From Carcharhinus longimanus (lineage: Eukaryota), in the NCBI GenBank assembly GCA_030264375.1, contig JASCQW010000098.1:42219538-42283537 (forward strand): 64,000 bases of DNA, given 5' to 3'. Numbering within the stretch: the stretch's first letter is position 1; each line of letters opens with the position of its first letter. This document shows, in pieces, positions 1-13,064 of the stretch. Both the position numbers and the translations under genes were made by a program. The notes beneath the pieces were generated by a model, which saw nothing but the letters and a program-made list of their open reading frames with translations, was not told where the DNA came from and searched no databases.

Positions 1-760
1 CCACTAAGGGAAGCAAGGAGAGAAGTAGTGGATGCTCTCTCTGATCATCATTTTCCACTTTTCTCTGGTCACCAGCAGGGTTCTGGAATATTGTTAATGT
101 CATACAGTTGTTTGAAAATTGAGAACGAAGCAACTTTATTAATTTCAGGTCAGCAGACCTTAAGGTGGGCAAGTTAATGATAAAATTCCGGGGGTCAGTA
201 TGCATCATCATTTAGAAAGGAATGGATTAATCAAAGCAGTCAGCGTGTGTTTGTTTACGTATGGTCATGTCTGACTAAATTAAATTTCTTGAAGAAGTAA
301 TAAGGAGGGCCATAAGGGCAGCATGTTTGATGTAGTCTGCATGGATTTTAGCAAGGCTTTGGACAAGGTCTCACGTGGCAGACTGATCAGTAAATGACAA
401 GCTCAAGGGATCCACAAGAAGATAACAGATGGGCCTAAAACTGGTTCTGTGAGAGGATATGAGAGTTATGGTTGATGAGTGTTTTTGTGACTGAAAGGTT
501 TTCTGCGGGGCTCGATATTGGATCCCTTCCTTTTCGTGGTGGTATATATCAGAACTTTCAACTCAATTGAATGGTGAAGAAGTTTGCAACTGGTGCAGAA
601 ATTGGCTGTGTAGTTGATTGTGAGGAGGAACCCTACAGACTGCAGCAAAATATCAATGGACGGGTTCACATGATTTTTAAAAATGGCATACGGAATTCAC
701 AGAAGTGTGAGATAATGTATTTCAGGAAGGCAAGCAAGGCAAAGGTGAGTTCCAGAGGGC
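1..760 (+). mobile_element. Decayed CR1-type LINE ORF2 fragment
   Basis: RT remnants (MDFSKALDKV; KFATGAEIG, a degenerate KFADDTKIG; KCEIMYF). Confidence 0.75.
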
Positions 761-1119
761 TCTGGAACTTACTGCCTAGAAGCATGTTATGTTAGGAATG
801 GTTTAACTGCAACCTTCCACTTTAGACCTCATTTGTATGTTAATTGTTAATAGTACTCACCGGGTGGCACTGGGTGTTGGGTGTATGTGGAGTTGGAAAA
901 GAGAATAAAGTAAGTTTGTGAAGAAGCCAGACTTGCATCATCTTTTATAACTGGACTGCAACTGAGAGGCTTAGCATGTTAGGGGCAGAAACCCTCATCA
1001 CGTTAAGCTTAGATATACACTTGAGGCACTGTGGCCTACATCGGTAGAAACCAACATTGGAAGGTGGGATTATACACGATAGCTCATTTTCAGCCAGCCA
1101 CAAGAGACCGAATTGCTGC

Positions 1120-1260
1120 CTTTTATGTCTTATACCTTTCGATACTTCTATGATATTGTTCCAGTACAGCATTAAGTCTTTCAAAAGACAATACCTCCAA
1201 CAATGCAGCATTTCCTTAGTGCTGTGCTGGAGTACCAGCCTAGATTGTGCTCTGGGTCTA
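1120..1260 (-). mobile_element. DeuSINE/SacSINE1-like fragment
   Basis: caatgcagcatttccttagtgctgtgctggagtaccagcctagatt resembles the reverse Deu domain as recalled. Confidence 0.45.
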
Positions 1261-1522
1261 AACAATGTAACATAATAAATGTCATTGTTATTTAAAGTGA
1301 AGAATATAAAAAAACTTTAGAAATTATATGCAATTAAATTAATATTTGTTCATGATATTCACAGTTCAATACATTTCAAAGATGCGGTAAAAATACCTGC
1401 TCATTCTCATTTTATAAATTGTTTTGAATCAGGTTCTGAGATTTTTCACAATGCCTGATTGTCTTTTGCAAAAATATTTAAACCGGGAATATATTTAAGA
1501 CTTACTCCTATTCTGTCAACAG

Positions 1523-1599
1523 ATGATTGAAGCAATAAAATATAAATGTGATCTTATAAACTACAGCTATGGTGAGGCTACACATTGGCCCAATGCAGG
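1523..1599 (+). CDS. TPP2: TPP2 exon (~exon 8), [26 protein letters not shown]
   Basis: cag|ATG...GCAGG|gtaag; 77 nt; matches human TPP2 [26 protein letters not shown] as recalled. Confidence 0.96.
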
Positions 1600-1726
1600 G
1601 TAAGTATAATTGATCAGTGCTTCTTACTGTGGAATCAAATTTGAGTTGTCACTGGAAAGGGAAATAAATTGCTGTTAGTGTGAACCATGGCATTGTTTTG
1701 TTTCTATCAGTGACGGTAGGATACTA

Positions 1727-1847
1727 TGGGCAGGATTTTTTGGCCATGCTTGCCCCAGAACCAGAAGATCCCACCCAAGGTCAGTGGACCTTTGCATGGT
1801 GTCCCCTCTATGATTCCAGTGGCAAGTGGGACAGGAGAATTCTAGTC
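1727..1847. mobile_element. ~120-bp MITE-like element (same family at 12366, 15431, 40240)
   Basis: Shared sequence across four copies in both orientations; imperfect terminal inverted repeats gggcrggatttt / aattct. Confidence 0.6.
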
Positions 1848-1929
1848 TAGATGTTACAAGATTATTCAAATGTATCCCTGTTGCTTAAAATGAGCATTCA
1901 CTCATATTGTCCCAACAGTGCAGACCACT

Positions 1930-2970
1930 ATGTTGTTCGTCTGTTGCCATCGATGAGGACCTCAACACCATTAGAGATTTTGAGGTTGGTTGCGGTGTGT
2001 CCGAAGATGACTGATCAAGCCAATTCGGGCACAGGATGTCCTGGCACATATTGGACAGACTTGTGTAGGCATTGTAGTTGTTGTGCTGGTGGTTCTGGAC
2101 TTGCGCAGCTTGCACTTAAGTTGTGCTTCAGCAATACACCTTGCTTCGTAAGCTTGACAGCCCTTGTGAATAAGGCAGCGCCAGGTAGGGCGGTTTCGTG
2201 CTGGCGTTTCCCAGATGGTTGTGTCTATGTCAAGCGACTCCAGGGAAGCCTTGAGTGTGTCTTTGAAACGTTTCTCCTGCTCGCCATGTGAGCATCTTCC
2301 AGCAGAGAGTTCCCCAAAAAGGAGCTGCTTGGGTATGCGCTCGTCTGGTGTACGGATGACATGGTCTGCCTGCCGGGTCTGCACTCTCATCAGCAGTGTG
2401 TGGACTGATGGTAGACTTGCTCCAGAGAGAACTTCAGTGTCTGGTACTTTGTCTTGCCACCTGATGCGTAATATTCTGCGAAGACAAGTCATCTGGAAAC
2501 GATTGAGCTATCTTACGTGCCTTTGATATACAGTCCACGTTTCACAGGCATACAAGAGGGTAGTGAGTACTTTAGCGCTGTTGACCTTCAGTTTTGTTGC
2601 TGGGCTGATTCCTCAACATTCCCATACAGTGGAGCGCAGTCTACTGAAAACAGAACTTCCCTTTGCTATTCAGCAATAGTCTGTATCAATAGCCGCTGCT
2701 TGGGAGAGTGTGCTGCCAAGATAAGTGAACTGGTCCACTGCCTGTGGTTTCTGCTTTTTGATTGTGGGTTCTGTGTACGGTGCATGAGGAACAGGCTGGT
2801 GCGTGACTTCAGTCTTTTTAATGTTGATGGTGAGTCCAAAGTTGTCGCAAACCGTGGAAAATTTGTCCATACTGATTTGCATCTCTGGCTGTGAGCCAAC
2901 ATACAGGGCGCAGTCATCCGCAAAGAGGAAGTCTCTTAGAACAGTATCTTTCATTTGGTAATAGCTTGAA
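1930..2970 (-). mobile_element. RTE-clade (BovB-like) LINE, 3' fragment
   Basis: FLFADDCAL RT motif; CLRRILRIRWQDKVPDTEVL; RIPKQLLFGEL; terminal CxxC...HxxxH zinc finger; internal deletions and frameshifts. Confidence 0.9.
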
Positions 2971-3034
2971 GTCTCTGCAGGTTGATTTGATATTGTCCCA
3001 ACAGTGCTGACCACGAGCATTAACATCTATTATT

Positions 3035-3302
3035 AAGTTTGTTTGTTAGTCACAAGTAAGGCCTACATTAACACTGCAATGAAGTTAGTGTGAAATTCCC
3101 CTAGTCGCCACAGTCCGATGCCTGTTCAGGTCAGTGCACCTAACGAACATGTCTTTCAGAATGTGGAAGGAAATTGGAGCACCTGGTGGAAATACATGCA
3201 GACATGGGGAGAACGTGCAAACTCCACACAGACCCAAGCTGGGAATCGAATCTGGATCCATGGCGCTGTGAAATAGCAGTGCTAACCACTGTGCTACTGT
3301 AC
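3035..3302 (-). mobile_element. tRNA-derived V-SINE (HE1-like head and core, non-CR1 tail)
   Basis: Reverse of gtggttagcactgct...tgtgtggagtttgcacgttctcccc core; tail ...ttcattgcagtgttaatgtaggcc...aaact. Confidence 0.8.
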
Positions 3303-3319
3303 CACTCCTGTTTACACAG

Positions 3320-4745
3320 CCAAAAGCAAAATACTGCAGATGCTGGAAAGCTGAAGTAAAAACAGAAAATACTGCCAGGCAGAAACAAGAGTTTCTGTTT
3401 CAGGTCGAAGACTGTTCTTCAGAACTGAAAAAGGATAGAAATGTTATCAGTTTTGAGCAAGTGAAAGGGGGGAAATGGAGAGAAAGAATAAAGGGAAAGA
3501 TCTCTGGTGGGGTGTAGCGTGGGAGAGATTGAATGACAAAAGATTTTATGATACAAAAGGCAGAACGAATGGTAATGGTTGTAGTGAAGCAACAAAATAT
3601 TTGTCCAGAGTGGTGTGAATAACAGAATGATGAAAAGCTGTTTCTGAATCAAAAATATGAAAAACAAGATTAAGACCTTCACATGAGAACTAAAAACAGA
3701 AACAAGATGGGGGCCTGGCAGAGTTTATGATCTGAAATTATTGAATTCAGTGTTGATTCCAGAAGGTTGTAAAGTTCTTAATTGAAAGATGTGGTGCTGT
3801 TCTTTGAATTTGCAATGAGCTTCACTGGAACATTGCAACAAACTGAAGACAGAGATGTGGTGGAGAATTAAAATGATGAGGCAGTGGAAGTGTGGGGTCA
3901 ATAACTGCCAACAGAGCAGAGAGATGATCCACAAAACGGTCACCGAATCTGCATTTGGTCTCCCCAGTATAGAAGTCATCTCATCGTGAACAACACATAG
4001 AGAATGCTACACTGACAGGAGCACACATGAACTGCTGCTCCACCTGGAAGGAGTATTGCGGCCTTGGATGCTGAGGAGAGCAGAAGTGCAGAAAATAACT
4101 TGGACACGTTTGAGGCTATGACAAACATGTTGGAAGGAATCCTCTTTCGAGGAAAAAGGACAATATATCAAAGCGCTGTTGTAGAAGATTACATCATATG
4201 AAAAGATGTGAGGGAAGTGGAGAAACTGGTAAAATGGATTGCAATTCTTACAGAAATCAGTGAGAGGAAATGTAGCCAACACAGTTGTGGGAATGAGTGG
4301 GCCTATAATTAATAATAATGGATAACCTATCTCCAGATATGGATGGAGCTCGAGAAGTCGAACAATAGAAGGGATGAGTCAGAGATAGACCATGTGAAGA
4401 TGAGAGAAGGATAGAAATTTGAAGTAAACATTTTCCAGTTCCAGGAGAGACCAGGAAATAGCACCAATAGTCATCTCGACTTGAAAAAGAGTTCAGGGAG
4501 GTATCTAAATAGGACCAGAACAAAAAGTGTCTGATATATCTGATAAAAAGACAAGCATAGCTAGTACCTATGCAAGTAACTTTAACAACACCTTTTATTT
4601 AGAGGAGGCGAGAGGAATTAAAGGAGGAATTGTTCATTGAGAGAACAAGTTCAGCTAACTGAAGGAGGATGGTGGTTGGGACTAGCTGGACCTCTGTTAC
4701 TGCAGAAATCTGCTGAGGACTTCCAGCATTTTCTGTTACTATTAC
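3320..4745 (-). mobile_element. Penelope-like element (PLE), decayed: RT thumb, GIY-YIG C-terminus and pLTR, plus a short inverted end
   Basis: ORF remnants YRPTHSHNCVGYISSH and EQHHIFQLRTLQPSGINTEFNNF; pLTR with hammerhead-like motif at 3391-3426. Confidence 0.8.
3391..3426 (-). ncRNA. Degenerate minimal hammerhead ribozyme motif in PLE pLTR
   Basis: Minus strand GTT CTGAAGA ACAGTCTTCGACCT GAAA CAGAAAC; core boxes present, cleavage-site region mutated. Confidence 0.5.
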
Positions 4746-5680
4746 CAGTTTCAAAGTTTCTGGTTATATTGTCTCAAGTGTTTTGTTTATGTCCTACGGA
4801 AACACTATACCGATGAATCTTGACAGCGTTTATCTACTATCTTTTATTTTTTCTTCTGATTTATGATTTGCAAGCATCAGTGTTATGATTGTGGAGAATC
4901 TCCACTCATCTTGTTTCTCTGGCATTCCCACTTAAGGTTTCAGGGTTATTTGCAGCTCATTTGCTCTATACTTCTCTGTAAATAAAGGCTAATGACGTAT
5001 GTTAAAAATTAGGCTCCAGTTTGATCCTTCACTCTCTGGCTTCCTGAAGTAGAACCTGATAGCAGGGTTTGGGTAACTAAAGATGAAAAATGGAAACCAA
5101 GGAACATTTTCAGATACAAATCTAAAATTCTAGGGGACATTATGGAAAATGACAGGAAGCAAATTTAAATTGTTAGGGTATGATTAATTTCTGATGCTCT
5201 TTGATCTGACTCATGTGACAAATGAAAAAATTAACTTGGTATATTGACCTAGATACCTCTTTTGTCAAAACAAAAACAAGCTATGGCCCTTCATACAAGA
5301 AGTTAACTCAGATAAAGTATCTTGTGAGATAGATGAATGAGGATGAAGGTTTGGATCTCTTGTCAACGTGCCTGGATGAAAATTATGCATATAATTTGGT
5401 AGATTTTGGAGGTCAATCCATGGTAGAACATATGGATTTTAATGGGTTGTACAAAAGATTGATGTTCAATTTGGAGATTCCTGGATTGATAGTAGTATTT
5501 TCAACTACTAGATTGTGCTAAGGTGTTTCATATGGATTCTAATTTATATTCTGTTCTCAGCGAAGGAGATTTTGGATCAGATATCTGTTATCTTGAAAAT
5601 AGTCTGGGGTAGCAGTCATTTCCTTCATGAAACAAATGAAACACCCTGTTGTGGCATGAAGAATAAAGACTCAATAATTA

Positions 5681-5787
5681 TCTGAAATCAAAATGGAAAT
5701 TGCTGGATAAACTCAGCAGGCCTGACAGCATAATTTGAGAGAGAAACAGAATTGAAATTTCGAGTCCATATGACTCTCCTACAACAC
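5681..5787 (-). mobile_element. PLE pLTR fragment with degenerate hammerhead (stem II GAGTC-ATATG-GACTC-GAAA)
   Basis: Same family as 23871-24040; stem II and GAAA intact, CUGA box decayed. Confidence 0.6.
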
Positions 5788-6345
5788 TATCTGATTATGA
5801 AATAGTTCTGTTTACAGCAGGAGACACAATTGGAACAAGAACAATGACCAAATGAATATCAGGGATACCTGAGGAATGTTAATAAGTACTTAGCATAACT
5901 TGATGCATCATTAGGCGGTGAACTACCCAAAGCGAAAAGGTAGGGACTTCGAAATGATGTATGATGAAGAGAATTCTGTGGAAGAGGATGAAGATAATGA
6001 TGAATCCAAATAAATTAAACAGGTCACAAGGACTTTCAGTCCAGTACGGCTTACTTAAGTTTGGTGATGTCAACGTATTGAACAGAATTGTATTTNNNNN
6101 NNNNNNNNNNNNAGTGATTTTACTGATGTAAAAGCAAAATATTGTGGATACTAAAAATCTGAAATCAAAATAGAAAATGTGGCACTGGGAACCAGCAAGC
6201 TATGGGCCAGTGTAATTGAACTAAGAGATTTGCATTGGTTAACTGGATGAATAGAATTGAATATTATGTTTTAAACATGTTAGTTATGTTGTAGAGTTTG
6301 GCATAATCTACTGTTCTTTGTTTTAATAAATATTCTATTTTTCAG

Positions 6346-6473
6346 ATGCATTTGTGAAGTAATTAACGAAGCAGTATTGAAGCACAATATAATCTATGTG
6401 TCAAGTGCAGGCAATAATGGACCTTGCCTTTCCACTGTTGGGTGTCCAGGAGGAACTACTTCTAGTGTCATTG
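6346..6473 (+). CDS. TPP2: TPP2 exon (~exon 9), [42 protein letters not shown]; contains oxyanion-hole Asn
   Basis: ttcag|A...ATTG|gtagg; 128 nt; subtilase SAGN motif; phase matches neighbours. Confidence 0.97.
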
Positions 6474-6904
6474 GTAGGAACTGATGTTATTTAACTCCTC
6501 TCTGAGTATATGCATAGGTTTTTGTTTTCAAATCCCTTCGACTAATTTTCTCCCTTTCCCAAAGATACTGTTGCTGAGGTTCCACAGCAGTTACCAAGTG
6601 TTTATCGTACTTCACTCAAGTGCTATGAACCTAGACAGTAACTGCCTACAAGCAATTTAACTGCAGTGATCATCACTGTCAAGCTTTATCCTGCTTCCCT
6701 CTATTGCCCACACTTGCAGTAAGGGTAGGCAGATCACCTGATGAGGGGGTGGGGTGTTGTCGTCAACTTTCAGCATCCCAACCAGGAGGCATCAAGAGGA
6801 ACTGTATTGCTGCTGTAGCCATACCTGCTAAAATCAGCTCACTCAGCACTGACCAGGGGTCAGACCTAATCCTTTCCAATTTATACATCACTACAACTAA
6901 TTAA

Positions 6905-7316
6905 TACAAACAAACAAATTAGGAGCAGAAGTAAGTCATTTGGCTCTTTGAGCTTGCTCCACCATCTAACAATGTCATGTTTGAACCGTTTTGTGTTTCA
7001 AATTCTATATTCTCAGCTACCTCTGATAACCTTTGATTTCCTTGCCTAACAAGAATCTATTTAATTCTATCTTAAAATTATTCAACAAACCTACCTCCTC
7101 CACCTTGGGACAGAGTGTTCTAAAGTCGTCCAACCCTACGTGAGAGAAAAAAATTCTCGTCATCACTGTCCTAAAAGGGGAAACTCTTATTTATTAACAG
7201 TTGCAATAATTCTGGACTCAACTACGTGAGGAAACATCCTTTCCATGTCTACCTTGTCAAGACCATTCAGAAGCTTATATGCTTCAATCAGTTACCACTC
7301 ACTCTTTGAAACTCCA
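6905..7316 (-). mobile_element. CR1 LINE 3' part; continues at 8908-10230
   Basis: CR1 3' UTR-like sequence; ...aaactcca joins ctccagtggaaacaagccc at ~8908. Confidence 0.75.
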
Positions 7317-7491
7317 AAGAACAGTACAGCACAGGAAACAGGCCCTTCGGCCCTCCAAGCCTGTGCCGCTCATTGGTCCAACTAGACCATTNNNNNNNNN
7401 NNNNNNNNNNNNNNNNNNNNNNNNNNNNNNNNNNNNNNNNNNNNNNNNNNNNNNNNNNNNNNNNNNNNNNNNNNNNNNNNNNNNNNNNNNN

Positions 7492-7575
7492 TACTATAAT
7501 TGTTAATACTTTTCACTGTATGTTAATACATGTGACAATAATAAATCAAATCAAATCACATCAAATCAAATTAAA
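7492..7575 (+). mobile_element. Rex1/Babar LINE 3' tail with (CAAAT)n
   Basis: aatacttttcactgta...catgtgacaataataaatcaaatcaaat; reverse complement of the tail at 25935. Confidence 0.7.
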
Positions 7576-8796
7576 TACTATAAATGTTAATCATCTATAA
7601 TTGCCCCTCATTTCCAGGTTTTGCTGTTTCTATCAACCTTAAACCATAAACTACAGCAATGGCAACAAAAGAGGGATTTCAACAGTATCTAGATATCATC
7701 TTTATTTTTCCTTTCATTCTTATTATCTCCAGTTTAGAGTTCCAAAGATGACTGGTGGATTTGTTCCCCTATATTCGCCAGGCAGGTCTGAGGACATTGT
7801 CATAATTTGATAGCCAAATAAAACCAAACTACAGATCAAGGATCAAATCTTTTTTTTTGCATATCTTTCAGTACTTTCATTCTAATCAAACATGTCTATT
7901 CAAATTAAGTTCAATCATGGTCCCCACATGAAAGACAAACAAGATCTAAACTGACAGGATGAGGTATTGCACCCCCTCCCCGTCTTGATCTAATGCTTCA
8001 TTATTGCATCAGATTAAGCCTCAGTTTAACCTTATCGACTACCCTGATCTTTTACTCTATCCTAGTTTAGGCAAACCATGACGATCATAGGAGTTAGCAC
8101 ACCCAGATTGCAATGGGCAAGTCTCGTCCCCTGCCTGATCATGGTGTCCACCATTACCAGGGACCAAACCTGGGACCTTCTTAATTTTACAGCTTAATTT
8201 CAAGTTTGGCAGCAAATTCACCAAAGGAGGCAATCTGTTTGCACATTGCCCCTTTAAATAAGCTAAGCTAAAATACAGTGCAGAAGATAAGCATTTGATT
8301 AAATGCTTCACCATGTCTATAGAAGAGATCAAAGAGACCAATCTGATATAAATTTTCAATCAATGAAAGCTACAGGTATTTCTGTTGAACTGCATATTGC
8401 AGCAGAATGCAATGACATGTTAAGCGCACCATTAAGGGAAAGGCAAAGGCCAAGGAATGTTTGCATTGTGTTTCTCTCAGTATTATATTCCTGTCTTGGT
8501 TATTATTGGCTTTCTGTTTTGATGCTAACATCCTAGTTCTTGAGGAATCATGAAGGCAATGTGTTGTGTCGCTTTGGAACATTTCAATTTTAATGCAATT
8601 TATTAATGACACGTTGTTCAAAGAAAATTAAAAAAAGATATATATTCAGAAGAGGGAAAAATATATAAAATATATAATTTTGTAATATATTATAGATGAT
8701 ATTTTGGCAGATGCTTTTTGTGAGAAATGTATGTCTACAGTGACCTCTTCAATGAACTTCCCACTTCTTCGTTCACACTTCACCTTTGTAAAGGAA

Positions 8797-10230
8797 AAAA
8801 GAACAAAGAACAGTACAGCACAGGAAACAGGGCCTTCGGCCCTCCAAGCCTGTGCCGCTCATTGGTCCAACTAGACCATTTGTTTGTATCCCTCCATTCC
8901 CAGTCTGCTCCAGTGGAAACAAGCCCTGTCTGTCCAACCTTTCTTCTAAAGGCAACCCACTTATTCTAGGTATCAATTTAATAAACCTCTGAACCGCCTG
9001 CTTAAATAAAGAGACCAAAGTTGCGCCCAATATTCAAGGTGTGTCTTCAACAATGCCCTGTATAATCGAAGCATAACATCACTATTTTATGTTCAATTTC
9101 TCTCATAATAAAGAATAGCTTCCTTTATTATTTACTTACTTTCATACTAACATTTTGTGATTCTTATACTAGGACACCTAGATTCTTCTGCACATAGGGA
9201 TTCTGCAACCATTCTTGATTTAATTGATAATTTGTTTTTTTATTCTTTCTGCCAAAACAAGCAACTTTACCTTGTGCTTCATCTGCTAGATTTTTGCCTA
9301 CTCACTTAACCTATTGAAATCTCTGCAGCCTCCTTATGTCCTCTTCACAACATACTTTCCTACATATGTTTGTATCATCTGCAAATCTAGCTACCATGTC
9401 TTCACTCCCCTCTAAGTTATGTGTAAATTGTAAAAAGCTGAAGCACCAGCACAGACCCCTTTTGAGACACATCCTGCATATCAGAGAAACACCCATTTAT
9501 GTTTACTGTCTGTTTTCTGTCAGCCAACCAATCTTCTATCCATGAACTTTTTTCCAAAATAACTTCTGAGTTGGCACCTTATCAAATGCTGCCTGGAAAT
9601 CCTAGTACATACATCTATAGACTCACCTTTATTCACAGTGCATGTTATACCTTCAAAGAACTCTAGTAAATTGGTTAAACATGATTTCCTTTTCACAAAA
9701 CCACATGGACTCTTCCTGATTATCTTGAGGTTTTCTAAGTGCCCAGCTATAACTTCCTTAATGATTGATTAAAATACCTTTTCTGTGACACACATCAAGA
9801 TAACTGACATATAGTTTTCTGTTCATTACCTGCCTGCCGCCTTGATTAAAGAGGTTATATTTGCTACTTTCCAGACTGATGGAACTAGAATCTAGCAAAC
9901 TTTACCTCATTTCTTTACCTCATTTCTCAGTCAATTCTTTTAGAACCCTAGAATGAAGCCGACCTGGACCTGTAGACTTGTCAGCCCACTGCTCTATCAG
10001 CTTGCTCAATACCAATTCCCTAGTGATTGTAATTTCCCAAGTTGCTCCCTTCCACCTCCTGGTTTACAGTTATTACTGGAATGTTTTCTGTGTACTCTGT
10101 GGTGAAAACAGAAGGGAAGCATATTTGTCCACTTTACCCATCATTTCATTATTGTCTACCATTAACTCCCTATTGTCACTCTGTAGAGGACCAACGCTCA
10201 CTTTACTTACCCTTTTCCTTTTTTAATACC
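8797..10230 (-). mobile_element. Young CR1 tail plus older CR1 ORF2 fragment
   Basis: ARFADDTNICRKVCCEEDIRRLQ; QRFIKLIPRISGLPLEERL. Confidence 0.85.
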
Positions 10231-11851
10231 TGTAGAACTCTTGCTATCTATTTTTACATTTCTAGCTGGTTTACCCTGACTAAAATGCATCTTTAAATAA
10301 CAGTTCTCTTAACTTTAAGAAAATACCTATTGGATAATGAGATTGTTATTTAATTTTTTGCCTTTATTAAAGATCTCTTATTGTAAAATCATCCAGTAAT
10401 GCCTCTTAACCAAATAATTTCTAATATGGCCGAAGACGACTGAGGACCAATTTCAGCTATTGTTAAAGATTAAATTAATGAATATAAACTGATTAAACTC
10501 CAAATCTATTGTTAGCATTTCAATACAAGAAAAATATTGCTTTATTCATTCATTATGTGATGTACAATTAACACTTCGTCCAGATACCATTTTGGTAAAG
10601 ATTCATTTTTGCTACTTACAAATTTGTGAAATAACTACTGCACTTGGAGCTTCCTGCTTCTGTGCTCATCAGTCTACTATTTTCCATTCAACTGGCAGAA
10701 AATTACAGGTACTCTTAGTTCCTAGTTGGAATTCTGTCTCAGAATTTCAAATTGAACTCTGTATATGTTTTTTTTTCTGAGTTAAGAATTCAACTGGCAA
10801 TTAATAATTCATGTATGACAGTCTAAGCTTCTTGTGTTAAGTATCATCAATCTGTGGCAGAAATTAGTTTCTGCTTAAATTATTTGAAATTCAATTTTGA
10901 CTACTAGCTTTGCAACCGTGTGAATGTTCTCCAGATGTAGTAATTGCTAAATTCAGCTGTCTAGTACCTACAACCATCACTCCTAATGATGCGTGGCAAA
11001 AATCAATAACATAGGTATTTTCTTTTCCCTTATTGAATACAAATCACTGAGCAATTAAACAGATTGATCTCATATTTGTGATCCTTGTTCGCTTAGATGT
11101 GTTTCAGCATTTTTCTTGAGTGAGTTTATCCCAATCAAGCTAATGTAGAGAGTATTAAGAGTGATTTAATGCCCAATCATTCTGTGGCACAATATTTTAC
11201 TTTGATCATGTGCTGGACACCCCAATGTTATCTGCTATAATTTGCTTAGTCCCTTTTAAATCTTCAGAACTAGTTCAATGGGCTGCTATTTTAATTTATA
11301 TATGAACTTTTCTATCATCTAGTCCCTCTTGATTGAACTTTAAACCTTTTGTGTATAATCATTACATTCAACAGATTTTTTTTTGTTGGTATTTTATGAT
11401 GATTATTGTTTATTTAATTGGGTCTGAAGCGTTTGTCTGAAGACGAAGCACGGTCATTTAAAAATGTCTAGGTGACTATTATCTGGTTGTGTAACTGGCA
11501 ATGATTATGAGAAATAAGTTGTTGGATGATGTGGGATTGCATAACTTGGAGCTTGTCCATTATGTTTTCTTGTTTGACTGGCTGACATGTCCAGCCTGTT
11601 GTTGCATTGTTTAATCTGAACTGTACAATTTTTTTTCAAAGGACAAACCAATGTTGTTAATCTAAAGTATCTCCATGGATTTTCTATTTTAAATGTTCTA
11701 TCTACAGCATTTCTCTGGAGGACTCCATGTCATGCATCACTTCATTCTAGAGGCCCAGAATACAAACTTTGAAGGATGTGATCTGAGGGAATAATGTTTT
11801 TTTGCATATCTGACCTGTAATATTGGTGTTTGGTAGATTGGTCTATATAAT

Positions 11852-12500
11852 AAAGCTCCTCCCCAAACGAAGGGGCCAAATCTGTTGCTTTTGAGTAGCT
11901 TCCAATGAATGGTCCATAACGTTTGTACCATTTTTGAATATTGGATACAAGTGACATGCCTTCACAACTTAGATTTTCAAAGTCAGAAGGTTTAGAAAAG
12001 TTCTTCACTTTGCCTTTTCATTTTCAAATGTATCCTAAATTTTTTTGCAGCTAAAGAAATTTAAATCATTCCTTAAACCAGGTTATTAAGAATGCACTGA
12101 ACTGTCAAAGATTATAACACTTATTCCAGGGGGCATTTCAGATATGTTTACTTGATGAAATTGAAATTCTTCTGCACACGATGGGGAGCTATGTTAAAAT
12201 TTGCTTATTTGAAGAATGTAAGCAGAATTTAAATCTATTCTGGTAAGTTTAAAACATGGCAGAAGTCCAAAATGTTTAATATGGTAGTGGAATTATACTC
12301 CATCCAGTAACAACTCAGACTCTTCTAGAGGATCCCATAATACTAGATTGCGATGGCACATATATGCTGAAATTCTACCACCTGTCCCGGAACGGGAGTC
12401 AGAGTGGGCGAGGGGCGGGCAGTGGGAAGATCCGTTGACCTCGGGCAGGATTTTCCGGTCTCAAGTCGAGCGAGACCATAAAATCCCATCCGTGGATTCA
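11852..12500 (+). repeat. Local duplication, copy A (~650 bp), flanked by ~50-bp direct repeats (11795-11846, 12502-12550)
   Basis: Colinear with 14927-15566 by eye, roughly 80% identity (estimate). Confidence 0.9.
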
Positions 12501-12767
12501 GTGTTTTTGCATGTCTGACCTGTAGTATTGGTGTTGATAGATTGGTCTATTTAGGAATGAGTTATTTTGCTGTATTACTGTTTTCTTTTGTAATATCAAG
12601 GCAAACATACATTAACGGATTGCTAGTAATCTAAAAGCAATATAATATTTAATAAATAGTGCCAACTTGTGCAAATAAATTAGACCCGAGCAATTAATTT
12701 CTCACAAACCTAACAATTACAATTTATGACATAAGTATTTCCAGCAGGCACTGATTGCATTATATAA

Positions 12768-12896
<129 letters not shown>

Positions 12897-13064
12897 TAAG
12901 CAACAGCTGTGTTGGTCAACTCTTAGGTGTTCGGGAAACTTATTGTGAATAGGGCAGCAGTAATGACTACATTACAAAAATAAGGAGCACTGTTCTTATT
13001 AATGAATCTGTTAACCTATTTTTTTCAGAATTCCTCCGTTCAATTTGAATTAAGTCATTAATTT

